DNA of 64,000 nucleotides from Casimicrobiaceae bacterium (GTDB lineage Bacteria; Pseudomonadota; Gammaproteobacteria; Burkholderiales; Casimicrobiaceae): positions 43,552-107,551 of the forward strand of contig JBGAGT010000015.1 of assembly GCA_044226535.1 (NCBI GenBank), written 5' to 3'. The notes beneath the pieces were generated by a model. It saw only the letters and a list, made by a program, of their open reading frames with translations. It did not search any database and was not told where the DNA came from. The number at the start of each line of letters is the position of its first letter. The stretch's first letter is position 1. The translations under genes and the position numbers were made by a program. Below, piece by piece: positions 1 through 13,656 of this stretch.

Positions 1-1263
1 TTCCTCGAGTCGACCTTCGTCGGGTTGTTCTTCTTCGGCTGGGACCGCCTGTCGCGCGTCGGACACCTGGTGGTCACGCTGCTGGTCGCCGTGGGCAGCA
101 ACCTGTCGGCGCTGTGGATCCTGATCGCCAACGCCTGGATGCAGTACCCGCTGGGATCGTCGTTCAACTTCCTCACCATGCGCATGGAGCTCGACTCCAT
201 CGCCAAGGTGATCTTCAACCCCGTCGCACAGGCCAAGTTCGTGCACACCGTCAGCGCGGGCTACGTCGTGGGCTCGATGTTCGTGCTGTCGATCAGCGCC
301 TGGTTCCTGCTGCGCGGGCGCAACGTCGCCTTCGCCAGGCGCTCGATGACGGTGGCGGCGAGCTTCGGCCTCGCCTCGGCGCTGTCGGTGGTCGTGCTCG
401 GCGACGAGTCGGGCTACACGGTCTCCGAGAACCAGAAGATGAAGCTCGCGGCGATCGAGGCGATGTGGGAAACCGAGCCCCCGCCCGCGCCCTTCACCGT
501 GTTCGGCTTCCCCGACGTCGCTGCGCGCACCACCCATCTCGCCGTGCGCATCCCCTGGGTGATGGGCATCATCGGCACGCGCTCCATCGACGAGCCGATG
601 CCGGGCATCAACGATCTCGTCGCCGAGGCCGACAAGCGCATCCGCCTCGGCCTTTTCGCCTACGACGCGCTGGAGCGGCTGCGCGCCGACCCGAACGATC
701 CCGAATCGCGGAGGGCGCTGGCGGCCAACGTCGGCGACCTGGGCTACGCCCTGCTGCTCAAGCGCTGGCTCGACGACCCGCGCAAGGCCACCGACGCCGA
801 CATCCGCCACGCCGCCGAGAGCACCATCCCCAACGTCCCGGTGCTGTTCTGGTCCTTCCGCATCATGGTGGGGCTGGGCTTCTACTTCATCGCGCTGTTC
901 GGCCTCGCGTTCTGGTTCGCCAGCACGCGCAAGCTCACCGAGCACCGCTGGTTCCTGCGCCTCGCGCTCTACAGCCTGCCGCTGCCCTGGATCTCCACCG
1001 AGCTCGGCTGGATCGTCGCCGAGTACGGGCGGCAGCCCTGGGCGATCGAGGGCGTGCTGCCCACCGCGCTCGGGGTGTCGAGCGTCTCGGCCGCGCAGGT
1101 CGGCACGAGCCTCGCGGGCTTCGTGCTGTTCTACACCACGCTCGCCGTGGTCGACGTCGCGATGATGCGGAAGTACATCGGCAAGGGGCCCGACGGCCTC
1201 GGCATGTGGAAGCAGAAGCCGATGGCGATCCGCGCCGCGCAGCTGCCGGGGGCGGGCGGCTGA
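1..1263 (+). CDS. cydA: cytochrome bd ubiquinol oxidase subunit I, C-terminal part (5' end outside window)
   Basis: Frame 1 is open from nt 1 ([18 protein letters not shown]...). Polytopic membrane protein followed directly by cydB and cydX. Confidence 0.9.
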   Translation, partial: FLESTFVGLFFFGWDRLSRVGHLVVTLLVAVGSNLSALWILIANAWMQYPLGSSFNFLTMRMELDSIAKVIFNPVAQAKFVHTVSAGYVVGSMFVLSISAWFLLRGRNVAFARRSMTVAASFGLASALSVVVLGDESGYTVSENQKMKLAAIEAMWETEPPPAPFTVFGFPDVAARTTHLAVRIPWVMGIIGTRSIDEPMPGINDLVAEADKRIRLGLFAYDALERLRADPNDPESRRALAANVGDLGYALLLKRWLDDPRKATDADIRHAAESTIPNVPVLFWSFRIMVGLGFYFIALFGLAFWFASTRKLTEHRWFLRLALYSLPLPWISTELGWIVAEYGRQPWAIEGVLPTALGVSSVSAAQVGTSLAGFVLFYTTLAVVDVAMMRKYIGKGPDGLGMWKQKPMAIRAAQLPGAGG

Positions 1264-1315
1264 TGGCCGCCGCGCGCAACCGCCGCGGCCGCGGGCCGCG
1301 GGAGGCGGGCCGCTG

Positions 1316-2449
1316 ATGCCCGACTACGAGACCCTGCGCGTCGCCTGGTGGCTGCTGATGGGCATCGTGATCATCGGCTTCGCCGTCATGGACGGCTTCG
1401 ACCTCGGCGCCGTGGCCTGGGTGCGCATCCTCGCGCACGACGACGACGAGCGGCGCTCGATCATCGAGACCTTCGAGCCCTACTGGGAGGGCAACCAGGT
1501 CTGGCTGATCCTCGGCGGCGGCGCGGTGTTCGCCGCGTGGCCCTTCCTCTACGCCGCGTCGTTCTCGGGCTTCTACTTCGCCATCCTGCTGGTGCTGCTG
1601 GCGCTGATCCTGCGGCCGGTGTCGCTCAACGTGCGCAACAAGCGCGACGACGCGCGCTGGCGCGCGACCTGGGATGCGGCGCTCACCTTCACCAGCGTCG
1701 CCTCGGCGCTGCTGTTCGGCGTGGCACTGGGCAACCTCTTCCTCGGCGTGCCGCTGCGCTACGACGCCACCATGCGCCTCTCCTACGAAGGCGGGCTCCT
1801 GGGCCTCTTGCGCCCCTTCGCGCTGCTGGCGGGGCTGGTGAGCGTGGCCATGATCCTGATGCACGGCGCGGCATGGCTCGGCGCCAAGGCCGATCCCGTC
1901 ATCGCCACGCGCGCGAAGCGCGCGCTGGGCTTCGTCGCGCCCGCATACGCGTTGCTCTACGCGCTCGCGGGCCTTTGGCTGGCGATGGGCGTTCCGGGGC
2001 TTCGCATCGACGGGCCGGCGGCGACGCAGGCGCCCTCCAACCCGCTCGCCAAACACGTGGTCGAAGGCGCCGGCTGGTTCGGCAACGGCCCGCTGGGGCG
2101 CTGGGCGGTGATCGTCGGCATCGCCGGCATCGTGCTGGCCCTCGCCTGCGCGCTGCTGGCGCGCCGCGGGCTCGCGCGAAGCGCCTTCCTCGCGAGCTCG
2201 GCCACCGTGGCGGCCACCATCCTGTCGGTCGGGTTCGCGCTTTTCCCCTTCCTGATGCCGTCGAGCGTCGACCCGCGCAGCAGCCTCACGGTCTGGGACG
2301 CCTCGTCGAGCGAGCACACGCTGGGGCTGATGCTGATCGCCACGGGGATCCTGCTGCCCATCGTGCTGGTCTACACCGCCTTCGTCTACCGCGTGATGCG
2401 CGGGCGCGTGTCCCTCGAGCACGTCCGCCGTACCCACGGCATGTACTGA
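1316..2449 (+). CDS. cydB: cytochrome bd ubiquinol oxidase subunit II
   Basis: 377-aa membrane protein starting [31 protein letters not shown], a typical CydB N-terminus, positioned right after cydA. Confidence 0.9.
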   Translation: MPDYETLRVAWWLLMGIVIIGFAVMDGFDLGAVAWVRILAHDDDERRSIIETFEPYWEGNQVWLILGGGAVFAAWPFLYAASFSGFYFAILLVLLALILRPVSLNVRNKRDDARWRATWDAALTFTSVASALLFGVALGNLFLGVPLRYDATMRLSYEGGLLGLLRPFALLAGLVSVAMILMHGAAWLGAKADPVIATRAKRALGFVAPAYALLYALAGLWLAMGVPGLRIDGPAATQAPSNPLAKHVVEGAGWFGNGPLGRWAVIVGIAGIVLALACALLARRGLARSAFLASSATVAATILSVGFALFPFLMPSSVDPRSSLTVWDASSSEHTLGLMLIATGILLPIVLVYTAFVYRVMRGRVSLEHVRRTHGMY

Positions 2450-2462
2450 GGAGGCGCGGCGC

Positions 2463-2597
2463 ATGTGGTACTTCTCGTGGATCCTCGGCATCGGCCTCGC
2501 CTGCGCCTTCGCCATCCTCAACGCCATGTGGCTCGAGCTCTACGAAGGCGATCCGCCCGCGCAGGACGACGCCATCGACAAGGAGCATCCCCGCTGA
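2463..2597 (+). CDS. cydX: cytochrome bd oxidase small subunit CydX
   Basis: 44-codon ORF not in the supplied track, read by hand: MWYFSWILGIGLACAFAILNAMWLELYEGDPPAQDDAIDKEHPR. ATG 2463 lies 8 nt after GAGGAGG (2448-2454). The MWYF.WILG start and single TM helix match CydX, and the position after cydB is canonical. Confidence 0.8.
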   Translation: MWYFSWILGIGLACAFAILNAMWLELYEGDPPAQDDAIDKEHPR

Positions 2598-2618
2598 TCC
2601 GCGCTTGCGCGGGATGAC
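2596..2618 (+). repeat. degenerate copy of the REP-like palindromic element (GATCCGCGCTTGCGCGGGATGAC)
   Basis: Hairpin-forming GC-rich element ending in GGGATGAC, between convergent cydX (stop 2597) and the oxidoreductase gene (stop 2621). Related to the 25-nt element at 23852, 39447 and 40979. Confidence 0.5.
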
Positions 2619-2620
2619 GT

Positions 2621-3862
2621 TCAGCCGAAGCGCGAGGCCGCGTAGGGCGCGAGGTCGATCGCGGGCTCGCGCCCCGCCAGCAGGTCGGCGACGTGGCCCG
2701 CGGTGGGCGCCGCGCCTGTCAGGCCGACGTGCCCATGCCCGAAGGCGAGGATGGCATTGCCACAGCGCGGCGAGCGCCCGATGACCGGCAGCGAATCGGG
2801 CAGCGAGGGCCGGTGCCCCATCCAGCGCGTCGCGCCGCGATACGAAAGCCCTTCGAACAGCCGCGACGTGCCGGCGGCGAGCATGTCGGCACGCCGCCAG
2901 TCCGGCGCCGCGTCGAGGCTCGCGAGCTCGACGGTGCCCGCCACCCGCAACCCGTCCTCCATGGGCGTCGCGTAGAACTTGCCGGTTCCCGACATCACCG
3001 GAATGCGCGGCGCGACGCTCGCACCCTGCAGCGTGAGGTGATAGCCCCGCTCGGTGGTGAGCGGGACCCGCGCGCCCAGCGCGGCGGCGAGCGGCGCCGA
3101 ATGCGCGCCCGCCGCGAGCACCACGGCATCGCAGTCGACCGGATCGCCGTCGGTGAGGACGCGCGCGACGCGGCCGTCGACCACGTCGAATCCCCTCGCC
3201 GCGCACCTGGCGAAGCGCGTGCCCGCCGCGGACAGCGCCTGCGCGAGCGCTTGCGACAGCCGCAGGGGGTTCGGGACGTGGCCCTGCTCGGGCAGCACGA
3301 CGAGGTGGGTGATGCGGCGCGACAGCGCGGGCTCGAACTCGCGCGCGGCCTCGCCTTCGAGCACGTCGATCGCCACGCCGTGCGCGCGCCGCAGCGCGCG
3401 GCCGAAGGCATCGCCTTCGAAGTCCCGCGCGTTCTCGTAGGCGAGCGCGTAACCCTGCTGGCGGATCAGCTCGGGCACGCCGGCCCAGGCAGCGAGCGGG
3501 CGCCAGGCGGCGATGGTGGGGTCGAGCAGCGCATGCAGGGCATCGGCGATCGCGGCGACGCGCGCCGGCGCGGTGCTGCGGTGGAAGCGCCACAGCCACG
3601 GCGCGAGGCTCGCGAGGTAGCGCCAGCGGATGGACAGGGGACCCTCGCGGTCCAGCAGCCAGCCCGGGACCTTGCGCCAGGTGCCGGGCGTGCCGAGCGG
3701 CACGCAGGAGGCGCGCGACAGGCATCCCGCGTTGCCGTACGAGCAGTATTCGCCCGGCGGACGCGGGTCGACCAGCGTGACGCGGTGGCCTTCCTGCACG
3801 AGGCGCGCCGCGGCCGCGAGGCCCACCACCCCCGCACCGACGATGGCGACGCGTTGCTGCAT
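2621..3862 (-). CDS. FAD-dependent oxidoreductase, D-amino-acid dehydrogenase (DadA)-like
   Basis: 413 aa. N-terminal Rossmann motif MQQRVAIVGAGVVGLAAAARLVQEGHRVTLVD. Overall DAO-family layout. Confidence 0.75.
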   Translation of the reverse strand: MQQRVAIVGAGVVGLAAAARLVQEGHRVTLVDPRPPGEYCSYGNAGCLSRASCVPLGTPGTWRKVPGWLLDREGPLSIRWRYLASLAPWLWRFHRSTAPARVAAIADALHALLDPTIAAWRPLAAWAGVPELIRQQGYALAYENARDFEGDAFGRALRRAHGVAIDVLEGEAAREFEPALSRRITHLVVLPEQGHVPNPLRLSQALAQALSAAGTRFARCAARGFDVVDGRVARVLTDGDPVDCDAVVLAAGAHSAPLAAALGARVPLTTERGYHLTLQGASVAPRIPVMSGTGKFYATPMEDGLRVAGTVELASLDAAPDWRRADMLAAGTSRLFEGLSYRGATRWMGHRPSLPDSLPVIGRSPRCGNAILAFGHGHVGLTGAAPTAGHVADLLAGREPAIDLAPYAASRFG

Positions 3863-3899
3863 GGGTTGTTCGCGCTCGAGGCGAGAAGCCGCGCCGCGG

Positions 3900-4454
3900 C
3901 TACAGCGCCGTCGCCGCCTCGTCCGCGGGGACGACCTTGGCGAACGCGCCGCTCAGCCCCGCGAGGTACGCGGCGTGGACGTCGGCCGCCGCGACCGATC
4001 GTCCCCCGAACGCGAGGTCGCGCGTCGCGCAGGCATCGTGCGCCAGCGTGCAGGCGAAGCCCGCGTCGGCCGCGGCGCGCGTCGAGGTGTCGATGCACAT
4101 GTGGGTCATCATGCCGGCGACCACCAGGCCGTCGATGCCCTGCCCGCGCAGCAGCGCGTCGAGGCCGGTGTCACGAAACGCGTTGGGGAAGTGCTTGACG
4201 ACCCGCCGCTCGCCCTCGCGCGGCGCCACCGCGTCGTGGATGTCCGCGCCGCGCGTGCCGGGCAGGAAGAAGGTCGCGCCCGGGCGCGTCGACAGGTGCT
4301 GGACGTGCACCACCGGCGTCCCGCGCTCGCGCGCCGCGGCGAGCAGCGCCGCCGCGCGGGCAACGGCGGCATCGGCGCCGACGAGCGTCATGGCGCCGCC
4401 GGGGAAGTAATCGTTCTGCAGGTCGATCAGGAGGAGGGCGGTGCGCATGGTCAT
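3900..4454 (-). CDS. isochorismatase-family cysteine hydrolase
   Basis: MTMRTALLLIDLQNDYFPGG...VVAGMMTHMCIDTSTRAA carries the catalytic D/K/C signature context. Start set at ATG 4454; the track ORF extends to 4811 but that part is Arg-rich antisense-type sequence. Confidence 0.8.
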   Translation of the reverse strand: MTMRTALLLIDLQNDYFPGGAMTLVGADAAVARAAALLAAARERGTPVVHVQHLSTRPGATFFLPGTRGADIHDAVAPREGERRVVKHFPNAFRDTGLDALLRGQGIDGLVVAGMMTHMCIDTSTRAAADAGFACTLAHDACATRDLAFGGRSVAAADVHAAYLAGLSGAFAKVVPADEAATAL

Positions 4455-4627
4455 GGCGGTCGGGGTCGTCGGGGTCGTCGCGGTCCGGCGGGACGAAGCG
4501 TCGTCGGAGGGGACGCGTGCGGTTGAGGGTGTCGAGGCGTTCGTGAATAATGCCGGCCGCGGAAGACCCGCCCATGAATCCGGCGCACATCCTGACGACC
4601 ACGCCTCCATTGTCGCGCAATTGCGGC

Positions 4628-5368
4628 ATGCGGACCTCCGCCGTGCCAGCCCTGGCGCGGGTGGCCCGTGCGGTTGCGCCGCCTGCCCGGCGCGCGTTCG
4701 CGGCCCTGCTCGCCGCGACGATCGCCGTGACGACGCTGCTCGACGCCGGCGGCGCCGCGGCGCAAGGCCTCTTCCGCGGCCGCACGTCGGCCGCCGCGCA
4801 GGCCCTCGCACCTGCCACCGTCACGCACGGCCCCTTCACCATCGTCCTCGAGCCGCGGACCATCTCGTCAGGCACCTTCCCCAACCAGGGACGCTACAGC
4901 ACGGTGACGATCAGCACGTTCTCGATCCTGTACAACGGCAAGCCCGTCGTCGTGCAGCACGGCTCGCGGCAGCTATCACGGTTCTTCCGGGTGTCCATCC
5001 TCACCGACGCGCCCCGGCCGGCGCTCCTCGCCTCGTCGATGGATTTCCACCTCGTCACCGAGCGCGACGGCAAGCCCTTGGTGCAGTCGGTGGGATCGCC
5101 CACCACCGAAACGGCCGACTTCCAGTGGCTCGACGGCCCCGGAGGCCAGCCGACGCCCATGGAGACCTTCGGCAACGAGCGCGTGCGCACCGACGAGCTG
5201 CCACTCGCGGGCGGCCGCTACCTGCTGCTGCGCGGTACCGCGGTACTGGACGTGAAGACGCTCGCGCTGCACCCGTCGACCATCACCGTCGAGAAGGGAC
5301 CGCTGCGCGGCGTCGGAGGGCCGGTGGCGTTCGCGTTCTCGCCGGGCGCGACGCAGTTCGTGACCTGA
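4628..5368 (+). CDS. hypothetical exported protein, N-terminal portion (ends at in-frame TGA 5366-5368)
   Basis: Signal-peptide-like MRTSAVPALARVARAVAPPARRAFAALLAATIAVTTLLDAGGAAAQG. No family recognised. Start uncertain; the ORF opens at 4550. Confidence 0.5.
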   Translation: MRTSAVPALARVARAVAPPARRAFAALLAATIAVTTLLDAGGAAAQGLFRGRTSAAAQALAPATVTHGPFTIVLEPRTISSGTFPNQGRYSTVTISTFSILYNGKPVVVQHGSRQLSRFFRVSILTDAPRPALLASSMDFHLVTERDGKPLVQSVGSPTTETADFQWLDGPGGQPTPMETFGNERVRTDELPLAGGRYLLLRGTAVLDVKTLALHPSTITVEKGPLRGVGGPVAFAFSPGATQFVT

Positions 5369-5377
5369 GGCAGCTCG

Positions 5378-5974
5378 GTGCTGGTGGTCGAGAACGGCAA
5401 CTACGTCCACGGCCTCGCGGTGATCGACTTCGCCAACGACGACAGCTACGGCCTGCGCCTCGAGCCCGGGCAGAAGCGCTTCCACGACGAATCCGACCTG
5501 ACGCCGCGCTGGTTCGCGCACTACTACCGATGGACGCGCGACGCGAGCGGCCGCGAGCGCCTCGTCGAGCGCGCCGATGCCAAACCGCTGCCGTGGATCG
5601 GCCGCATCGAGCGCGATCCCTCGTCGAGCTCGCTGGCGAGCGACGGCACACGCACGCACTACGACATCGCGAGCTACCGGCTGCGCGCCGCGAAGGAAGG
5701 ACTCGCACCCGTGTTCACGCAGTTCCTGGTCGAGCGCTTCGGCGCGAAGCGGGCCGCGGACCCCTGGCAGGGCGCGACGGCCTGGAACGTGCCGCAATGC
5801 CCGCTGCCGCTGCGGCTCGGCTTCCTCGCCATGGAGGAGCCGCCGACGCTGGAGCTCTCCACCGACGGCGACCTCGCGGCGCGCGCGCAATGCACGCCGG
5901 TGGTCGAGGCGATCGCGCGCGCCTTCGACGCCGAGCTCGCGTCGGGGAAGCACCAGGCGCTGTTCATCGACTGA
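5378..5974 (+). CDS. hypothetical protein, same reading frame as 4628..5368 (possibly its C-terminal portion)
   Basis: 198-codon ORF in the same frame as the upstream ORF, separated from it only by TGA plus three codons. Coding-like composition. No family recognised. Confidence 0.45.
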   Translation: MLVVENGNYVHGLAVIDFANDDSYGLRLEPGQKRFHDESDLTPRWFAHYYRWTRDASGRERLVERADAKPLPWIGRIERDPSSSSLASDGTRTHYDIASYRLRAAKEGLAPVFTQFLVERFGAKRAADPWQGATAWNVPQCPLPLRLGFLAMEEPPTLELSTDGDLAARAQCTPVVEAIARAFDAELASGKHQALFID

Positions 5975-6031
5975 ACGCGAGCCGACCGTCGGCGCCCGCG
6001 CAGCCCCGTGCCGCCGCCGGCGGCCGGGCGG

Positions 6032-7126
6032 TCAGACGTTGAAGCGGAAGTGCATGACGTCGCCGTCCTTGACGACGTAGTCCTTGCCTTCCAGCCGCAT
6101 CTTGCCGGCTTCCTTCGCGCCCGCCTCGCCCTTGAGGCGGACATAGTCGTCGAAGCCGATGGTCTCGGCGCGGATGAAGCCCTTCTCGAAGTCGGTGTGG
6201 ATCACCCCCGCGGCCTGCGGTGCGGTGGCGCCGATGCGCACCGTCCAGGCGCGCACTTCCTTGGGTCCCGCGGTGAAGTAGGTCTGCAGGCCGAGGAGCT
6301 TGTAGGCGGCATGGATCACGCGGTCGAGCCCCGGCTCCTTGAGCCCCAGGTCGGCGAGGAAGGCGAGCTTGTCCTCGCCCTCGAGGTCGGCGATCTCCGC
6401 TTCCAGCGCCGCGCACACCGCCACCACCGGCGCGCCTTCCCTGGCGGCATAGGCCTTCACGGCGTCGAGCAGCGGGTTGTCCGCGAAGCCCTTCTCGGCG
6501 ACGTTGGCGACGTACATGGTCGGCTTCATGGTGAGCAGGAAATAGGGCGCGAGCAGCGTGCGTTCCTCGTCGTAGAGGTCGGCGCTGCGCGCGGGGCGCC
6601 CCTGGTCGAGCACGGCCGACACCTTGAGGAGCGCCTCGTGGAGGCGCTTCGCCTCCTTGTCGCCGCCGGCGCGCGCGAGCTTCTCGACCTTGGCGAGCTG
6701 CTTGTCCACCGCCGCGAGGTCGGCCAGCGCCAACTCGGTGTTGATGGTCTCGATGTCGGAGACCGGGTCGACCTTGCCGGCGACGTGCACGACGTTGTCG
6801 TCGGCGAAGCAGCGCACCACGTGCGCGATGGCGTCGGTCTCGCGGATGTTGGCGAGGAACTGGTTGCCGAGCCCCTCGCCCTTGGAGGCGCCGGCGACGA
6901 GGCCCGCGATGTCGACGAACTCCACGACCGCGGGAATCACCTTTTCCGGCCTGGCGATGGCGGTGAGCGCGTCGAGCCGAGGGTCGGGCACCTCGACGAT
7001 GCCGACGTTGGGCTCGATGGTGCAGAACGGGTAGTTCTCCGCCGCGATGCCCGCCTTGGTCAGCGCGTTGAAAAGGGTCGACTTGCCGACGTTGGGCAGG
7101 CCGACGATGCCGCACTTGAGGCTCAT
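6032..7126 (-). CDS. ychF: ribosome-binding ATPase YchF
   Basis: [23 protein letters not shown]... (P-loop) through to ...[14 protein letters not shown]. 364 aa. ATG 7126 overlaps the pth stop (ATGA). Confidence 0.95.
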   Translation of the reverse strand: MSLKCGIVGLPNVGKSTLFNALTKAGIAAENYPFCTIEPNVGIVEVPDPRLDALTAIARPEKVIPAVVEFVDIAGLVAGASKGEGLGNQFLANIRETDAIAHVVRCFADDNVVHVAGKVDPVSDIETINTELALADLAAVDKQLAKVEKLARAGGDKEAKRLHEALLKVSAVLDQGRPARSADLYDEERTLLAPYFLLTMKPTMYVANVAEKGFADNPLLDAVKAYAAREGAPVVAVCAALEAEIADLEGEDKLAFLADLGLKEPGLDRVIHAAYKLLGLQTYFTAGPKEVRAWTVRIGATAPQAAGVIHTDFEKGFIRAETIGFDDYVRLKGEAGAKEAGKMRLEGKDYVVKDGDVMHFRFNV

Positions 7127-7716
7127 GGAAGGTCTTTCGTCCGGGTGTGGAGCTGCAGCATCGCGCGCTCGAAGTCGCCGCGCGCGAGGTCGTCGAAGAC
7201 GTCGAGCGAACGGTCGATGGCCGACTCGATCGCCGCGCGCTCGTCGCGCGCCGGCGGCCTCAGCACGAAGTCGACGACCTCCTGCTGCGGGATCTCGCTG
7301 TCGCGCGGATGCCCGATGCCGAGGCGCAGCCGCCAGAACTCGGCGCTGCCGAGCCTCGCGCGGATGTCCTTGAGGCCGTTGTGGCCCGCGACCCCGCCGC
7401 CGAGCTTGAGCTTGACCTCGCCCGCCGGCAGGTCGAGCTCGTCGTGCACCACCAGCACCTCCTCGGGCGCGATGCCGAGGAAGTGCGCGAGCGGCGCGAC
7501 GCTCTGGCCCGAGAGGTTCATGTAGGTCGAGGGCTTGACGAGGCGCAGGTTGCCCGCGCGGGCGACCTCGCCGGAGAACTTCGCCTCGCGCGCGAAATGC
7601 GCGCCGAGCCTCGCCGCCAGCGCGTCGACGAACCAGAAGCCCGCGTTGTGGCGCGTGGCCGCGTACTCGCGGCCGACGTTGCCCAAGCCCGCGACGAGGC
7701 GGATGGGCGCGGTCAT
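7123..7716 (-). CDS. pth: peptidyl-tRNA hydrolase
   Basis: [31 protein letters not shown]...GHNGLKDI are Pth signature motifs. Start taken at ATG 7716. Confidence 0.92.
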   Translation of the reverse strand: MTAPIRLVAGLGNVGREYAATRHNAGFWFVDALAARLGAHFAREAKFSGEVARAGNLRLVKPSTYMNLSGQSVAPLAHFLGIAPEEVLVVHDELDLPAGEVKLKLGGGVAGHNGLKDIRARLGSAEFWRLRLGIGHPRDSEIPQQEVVDFVLRPPARDERAAIESAIDRSLDVFDDLARGDFERAMLQLHTRTKDLP

Positions 7717-7842
7717 GGCGATGGGATTCGCGGGCACGGCGGGTCGGGACGTGGGGGCGTCGGAATGTGGCAAGGCAGAAACCAAAAGGCCCGTCCGCAG
7801 TGCGCGGAACGGGCCTCCGGGCGCGCCTTCGCGGGCGTGGCC

Positions 7843-8559
7843 TTACTTCTTCTTGTCGTCCTTGCCGGCGTCCTTCTTGTCGCCGGCCTTGGCGTCTGCC
7901 GCCTTGGCATCGCCGGTGGCGGCCTTGGCGTCGGCCGCGGGCGCGGCGGCCGCATCGGCGGCGGGCGCTTCCTCGACCTCGGCAGCCGCCTTCGGCACCA
8001 CCGCCGTCGCGATCACCGGGTCCTTGCCGTGCGTGACGGCCGTCACGCCTTCGGCGAGCTTGAGGTCCGAGACCTTGATCGAGTGGCCCACCTCGAGGCC
8101 CGAGAGGTCGACCTCGATGAACTCGGGCAGGTGCTTGGGCAGGCAGGCGACGTCGACTTCGTTCAGCACGTGGCTGACGATCGCGCCGCCGAGCTTCACC
8201 GCGGGCGAGACTTCCGCGTTCACGAAGTGCAGCGGCACCTTCATGTGGATCTTCTTGTTTTCGTCGATGCGCTGGAAGTCGATGTGCAGCACCTGCAGCT
8301 TGTACGGGTGCATCTGCACGTCGCGCAGCAGCACGCGCTGCGAGCCCGAGCCGAGCTTCATGGTCAGGATCGACGAGTGGAACGCCTCGTTCTTGAGGGC
8401 GTGCCAGAGCGCGTTGTGGTCGAGTTCGATCGGTGCGGGCTTGTCGGCCCCGCCGTAGACGACCCCGGGGGTCTTGCCGGCGTGACGCAGGCGGCGGCTG
8501 GCGCCGCGGCCTTCGCCTTCGCGCGCGAAGGCGGTGAATTCGAGCTTGTTGCTGGCCAT
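7843..8559 (-). CDS. rplY: 50S ribosomal protein L25/general stress protein Ctc
   Basis: Starts [37 protein letters not shown], with two L25 beta-barrel domains and an Ala/Lys/Asp-rich C-terminal tail. Confidence 0.92.
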   Translation of the reverse strand: MASNKLEFTAFAREGEGRGASRRLRHAGKTPGVVYGGADKPAPIELDHNALWHALKNEAFHSSILTMKLGSGSQRVLLRDVQMHPYKLQVLHIDFQRIDENKKIHMKVPLHFVNAEVSPAVKLGGAIVSHVLNEVDVACLPKHLPEFIEVDLSGLEVGHSIKVSDLKLAEGVTAVTHGKDPVIATAVVPKAAAEVEEAPAADAAAAPAADAKAATGDAKAADAKAGDKKDAGKDDKKK

Positions 8560-8625
8560 GGTGGCTTCCTCGTGTCTGCGGCCTTCCCTTCGCGGTCCCC
8601 GGCGTCTCCCCTGGCGCGAAGGCTA

Positions 8626-12491
<3,866 letters not shown>

Positions 12492-12530
12492 TCCCGCCGC
12501 TGGCGACGCGCCAGCCGGTGCCCTGGAGCC

Positions 12531-12585
12531 CGCGCCCGGCCGCGACCACGAGCTCGCCGCCCTCGGCCACGCGCCCGGCCGCGAC
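12531..12585 (+). repeat. 16-nt perfect direct repeat CGCGCCCGGCCGCGAC (12531-12546 and 12570-12585)
   Basis: Read directly. Lies in the 97-nt spacer between the glycosyltransferase stop (12491) and the prs stop (12589). Confidence 0.6.
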
Positions 12586-12588
12586 GCC

Positions 12589-13539
12589 TCAGTCGATGAA
12601 CAGGCTCGAGACCGATTCCTCGTTCGACACGCGCGTCATGGTCTCGGCGAGGAGCTGCGCGCAGGAGAGCTGGCGGATGCGCGGGCAGGCGCGCGCATCG
12701 CCGGACAGCGGGATGGTGTCGGTGACGACGATCTCGTCCAAGTCCGACTCGCCGATGCGCGCGACCGCGCCGCCCGAGAGCACGGGGTGCGTGCAATAGG
12801 CGACGACCTTCTGCGCGCCGTGCTCCTTCAGCGCCGTCGCGGCCTTGCACAACGTGTTCGCGGTGTCGACGATGTCGTCCATGATCACGCAGGTGCGCCC
12901 GTCGACGTCGCCGATGATGTTCATCACTTCGGCGACGTTGGCCTTGGGGCGGCGCTTGTCGATGATCGCGAGGTCGGAGTCGAGTCGCTTGGCGATGGCG
13001 CGCGCACGCACCACGCCGCCGACGTCGGGCGAGACCACCAGCAGGTTGTCGTAGTTCTGCTTCCACAGGTCGCCGAGCAGCACCGGCGTCGCGTAGATGT
13101 TGTCGACCGGGATGTTGAAAAAGCCCTGGATCTGGTCGGCGTGCAGGTCCATGACCATCACGCGGTTGACGCCCACGGTGGCGAGCATGTCGGCGACGAC
13201 CTTGGCCGAGATCGGCACGCGCGCCGAGCGCGGCCGCCGGTCCTGGCGCGCGTAGCCGAAGTAGGGGATGGCCGCGGTGATGCGCGCGGCCGAGGCGCGC
13301 TTCAGCGCGTCGACCATCACCATCACTTCCATCAGGCTGTCGTTGGTCGGCTGGCAGGTCGACTGCAGGATGAAGACGTCGCGGCCGCGCACGTTCTCGA
13401 GCAGCTCGACCATCACCTCGCCGTCGGAGAACTTGCCGACCACCGCGCGGCCGAGGCTGATGTTGAGGTGCCGGCACACCGCCTCGGCGAGCCCGGGGTT
13501 GGCGTTGCCGGTGAAGATGCGCATCCGTTCGAAGGCCAT
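12589..13539 (-). CDS. prs: ribose-phosphate pyrophosphokinase
   Basis: [16 protein letters not shown]...[10 protein letters not shown]...[11 protein letters not shown]...[10 protein letters not shown] are Prs signature segments. 316 aa. Confidence 0.95.
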   Translation of the reverse strand: MAFERMRIFTGNANPGLAEAVCRHLNISLGRAVVGKFSDGEVMVELLENVRGRDVFILQSTCQPTNDSLMEVMVMVDALKRASAARITAAIPYFGYARQDRRPRSARVPISAKVVADMLATVGVNRVMVMDLHADQIQGFFNIPVDNIYATPVLLGDLWKQNYDNLLVVSPDVGGVVRARAIAKRLDSDLAIIDKRRPKANVAEVMNIIGDVDGRTCVIMDDIVDTANTLCKAATALKEHGAQKVVAYCTHPVLSGGAVARIGESDLDEIVVTDTIPLSGDARACPRIRQLSCAQLLAETMTRVSNEESVSSLFID

Positions 13540-13554
13540 GGCGTCGTCGTCAAA

Positions 13555-13631
13555 TGGCTGGGGAGGTAGGGATCGAACCTACGAATGCCGGAATCAAAAT
13601 CCGGTGCCTTACCACTTGGCGACTCCCCAGC
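13555..13631 (-). tRNA. tRNA-Gln (anticodon UUG)
   Basis: The reverse complement reads GCTGGGGAGTCGCCAAGTGGTAAGGCACCGGATTTTGATTCCGGCATTCGTAGGTTCGATCCCTACCTCCCCAGCCA. It has a 7-bp acceptor stem, a CCGGA/TCCGG anticodon stem with loop TTTTGAT (anticodon TTG), a GGTTCGATCC T-arm and an encoded CCA. Confidence 0.9.
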
Positions 13632-13656
13632 GGAAAACGGTGCTGCCCGCCGGCCA

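Noticed and set aside
5366-5368. The in-frame TGA might encode selenocysteine.
   Set aside because: There is no obvious SECIS-like hairpin immediately downstream, no selA/selB/selD genes in view, and the surrounding protein is not a known selenoprotein family. A nonsense mutation or sequencing error is more parsimonious.
13555-13631. tRNA-Gln might be an integration site for the nearby cassette or another island.
   Set aside because: The tRNA is flanked on both sides by conserved housekeeping genes (prs, ispE). The cassette is separated from it by prs. No integrase or duplicated tRNA 3' end was seen.
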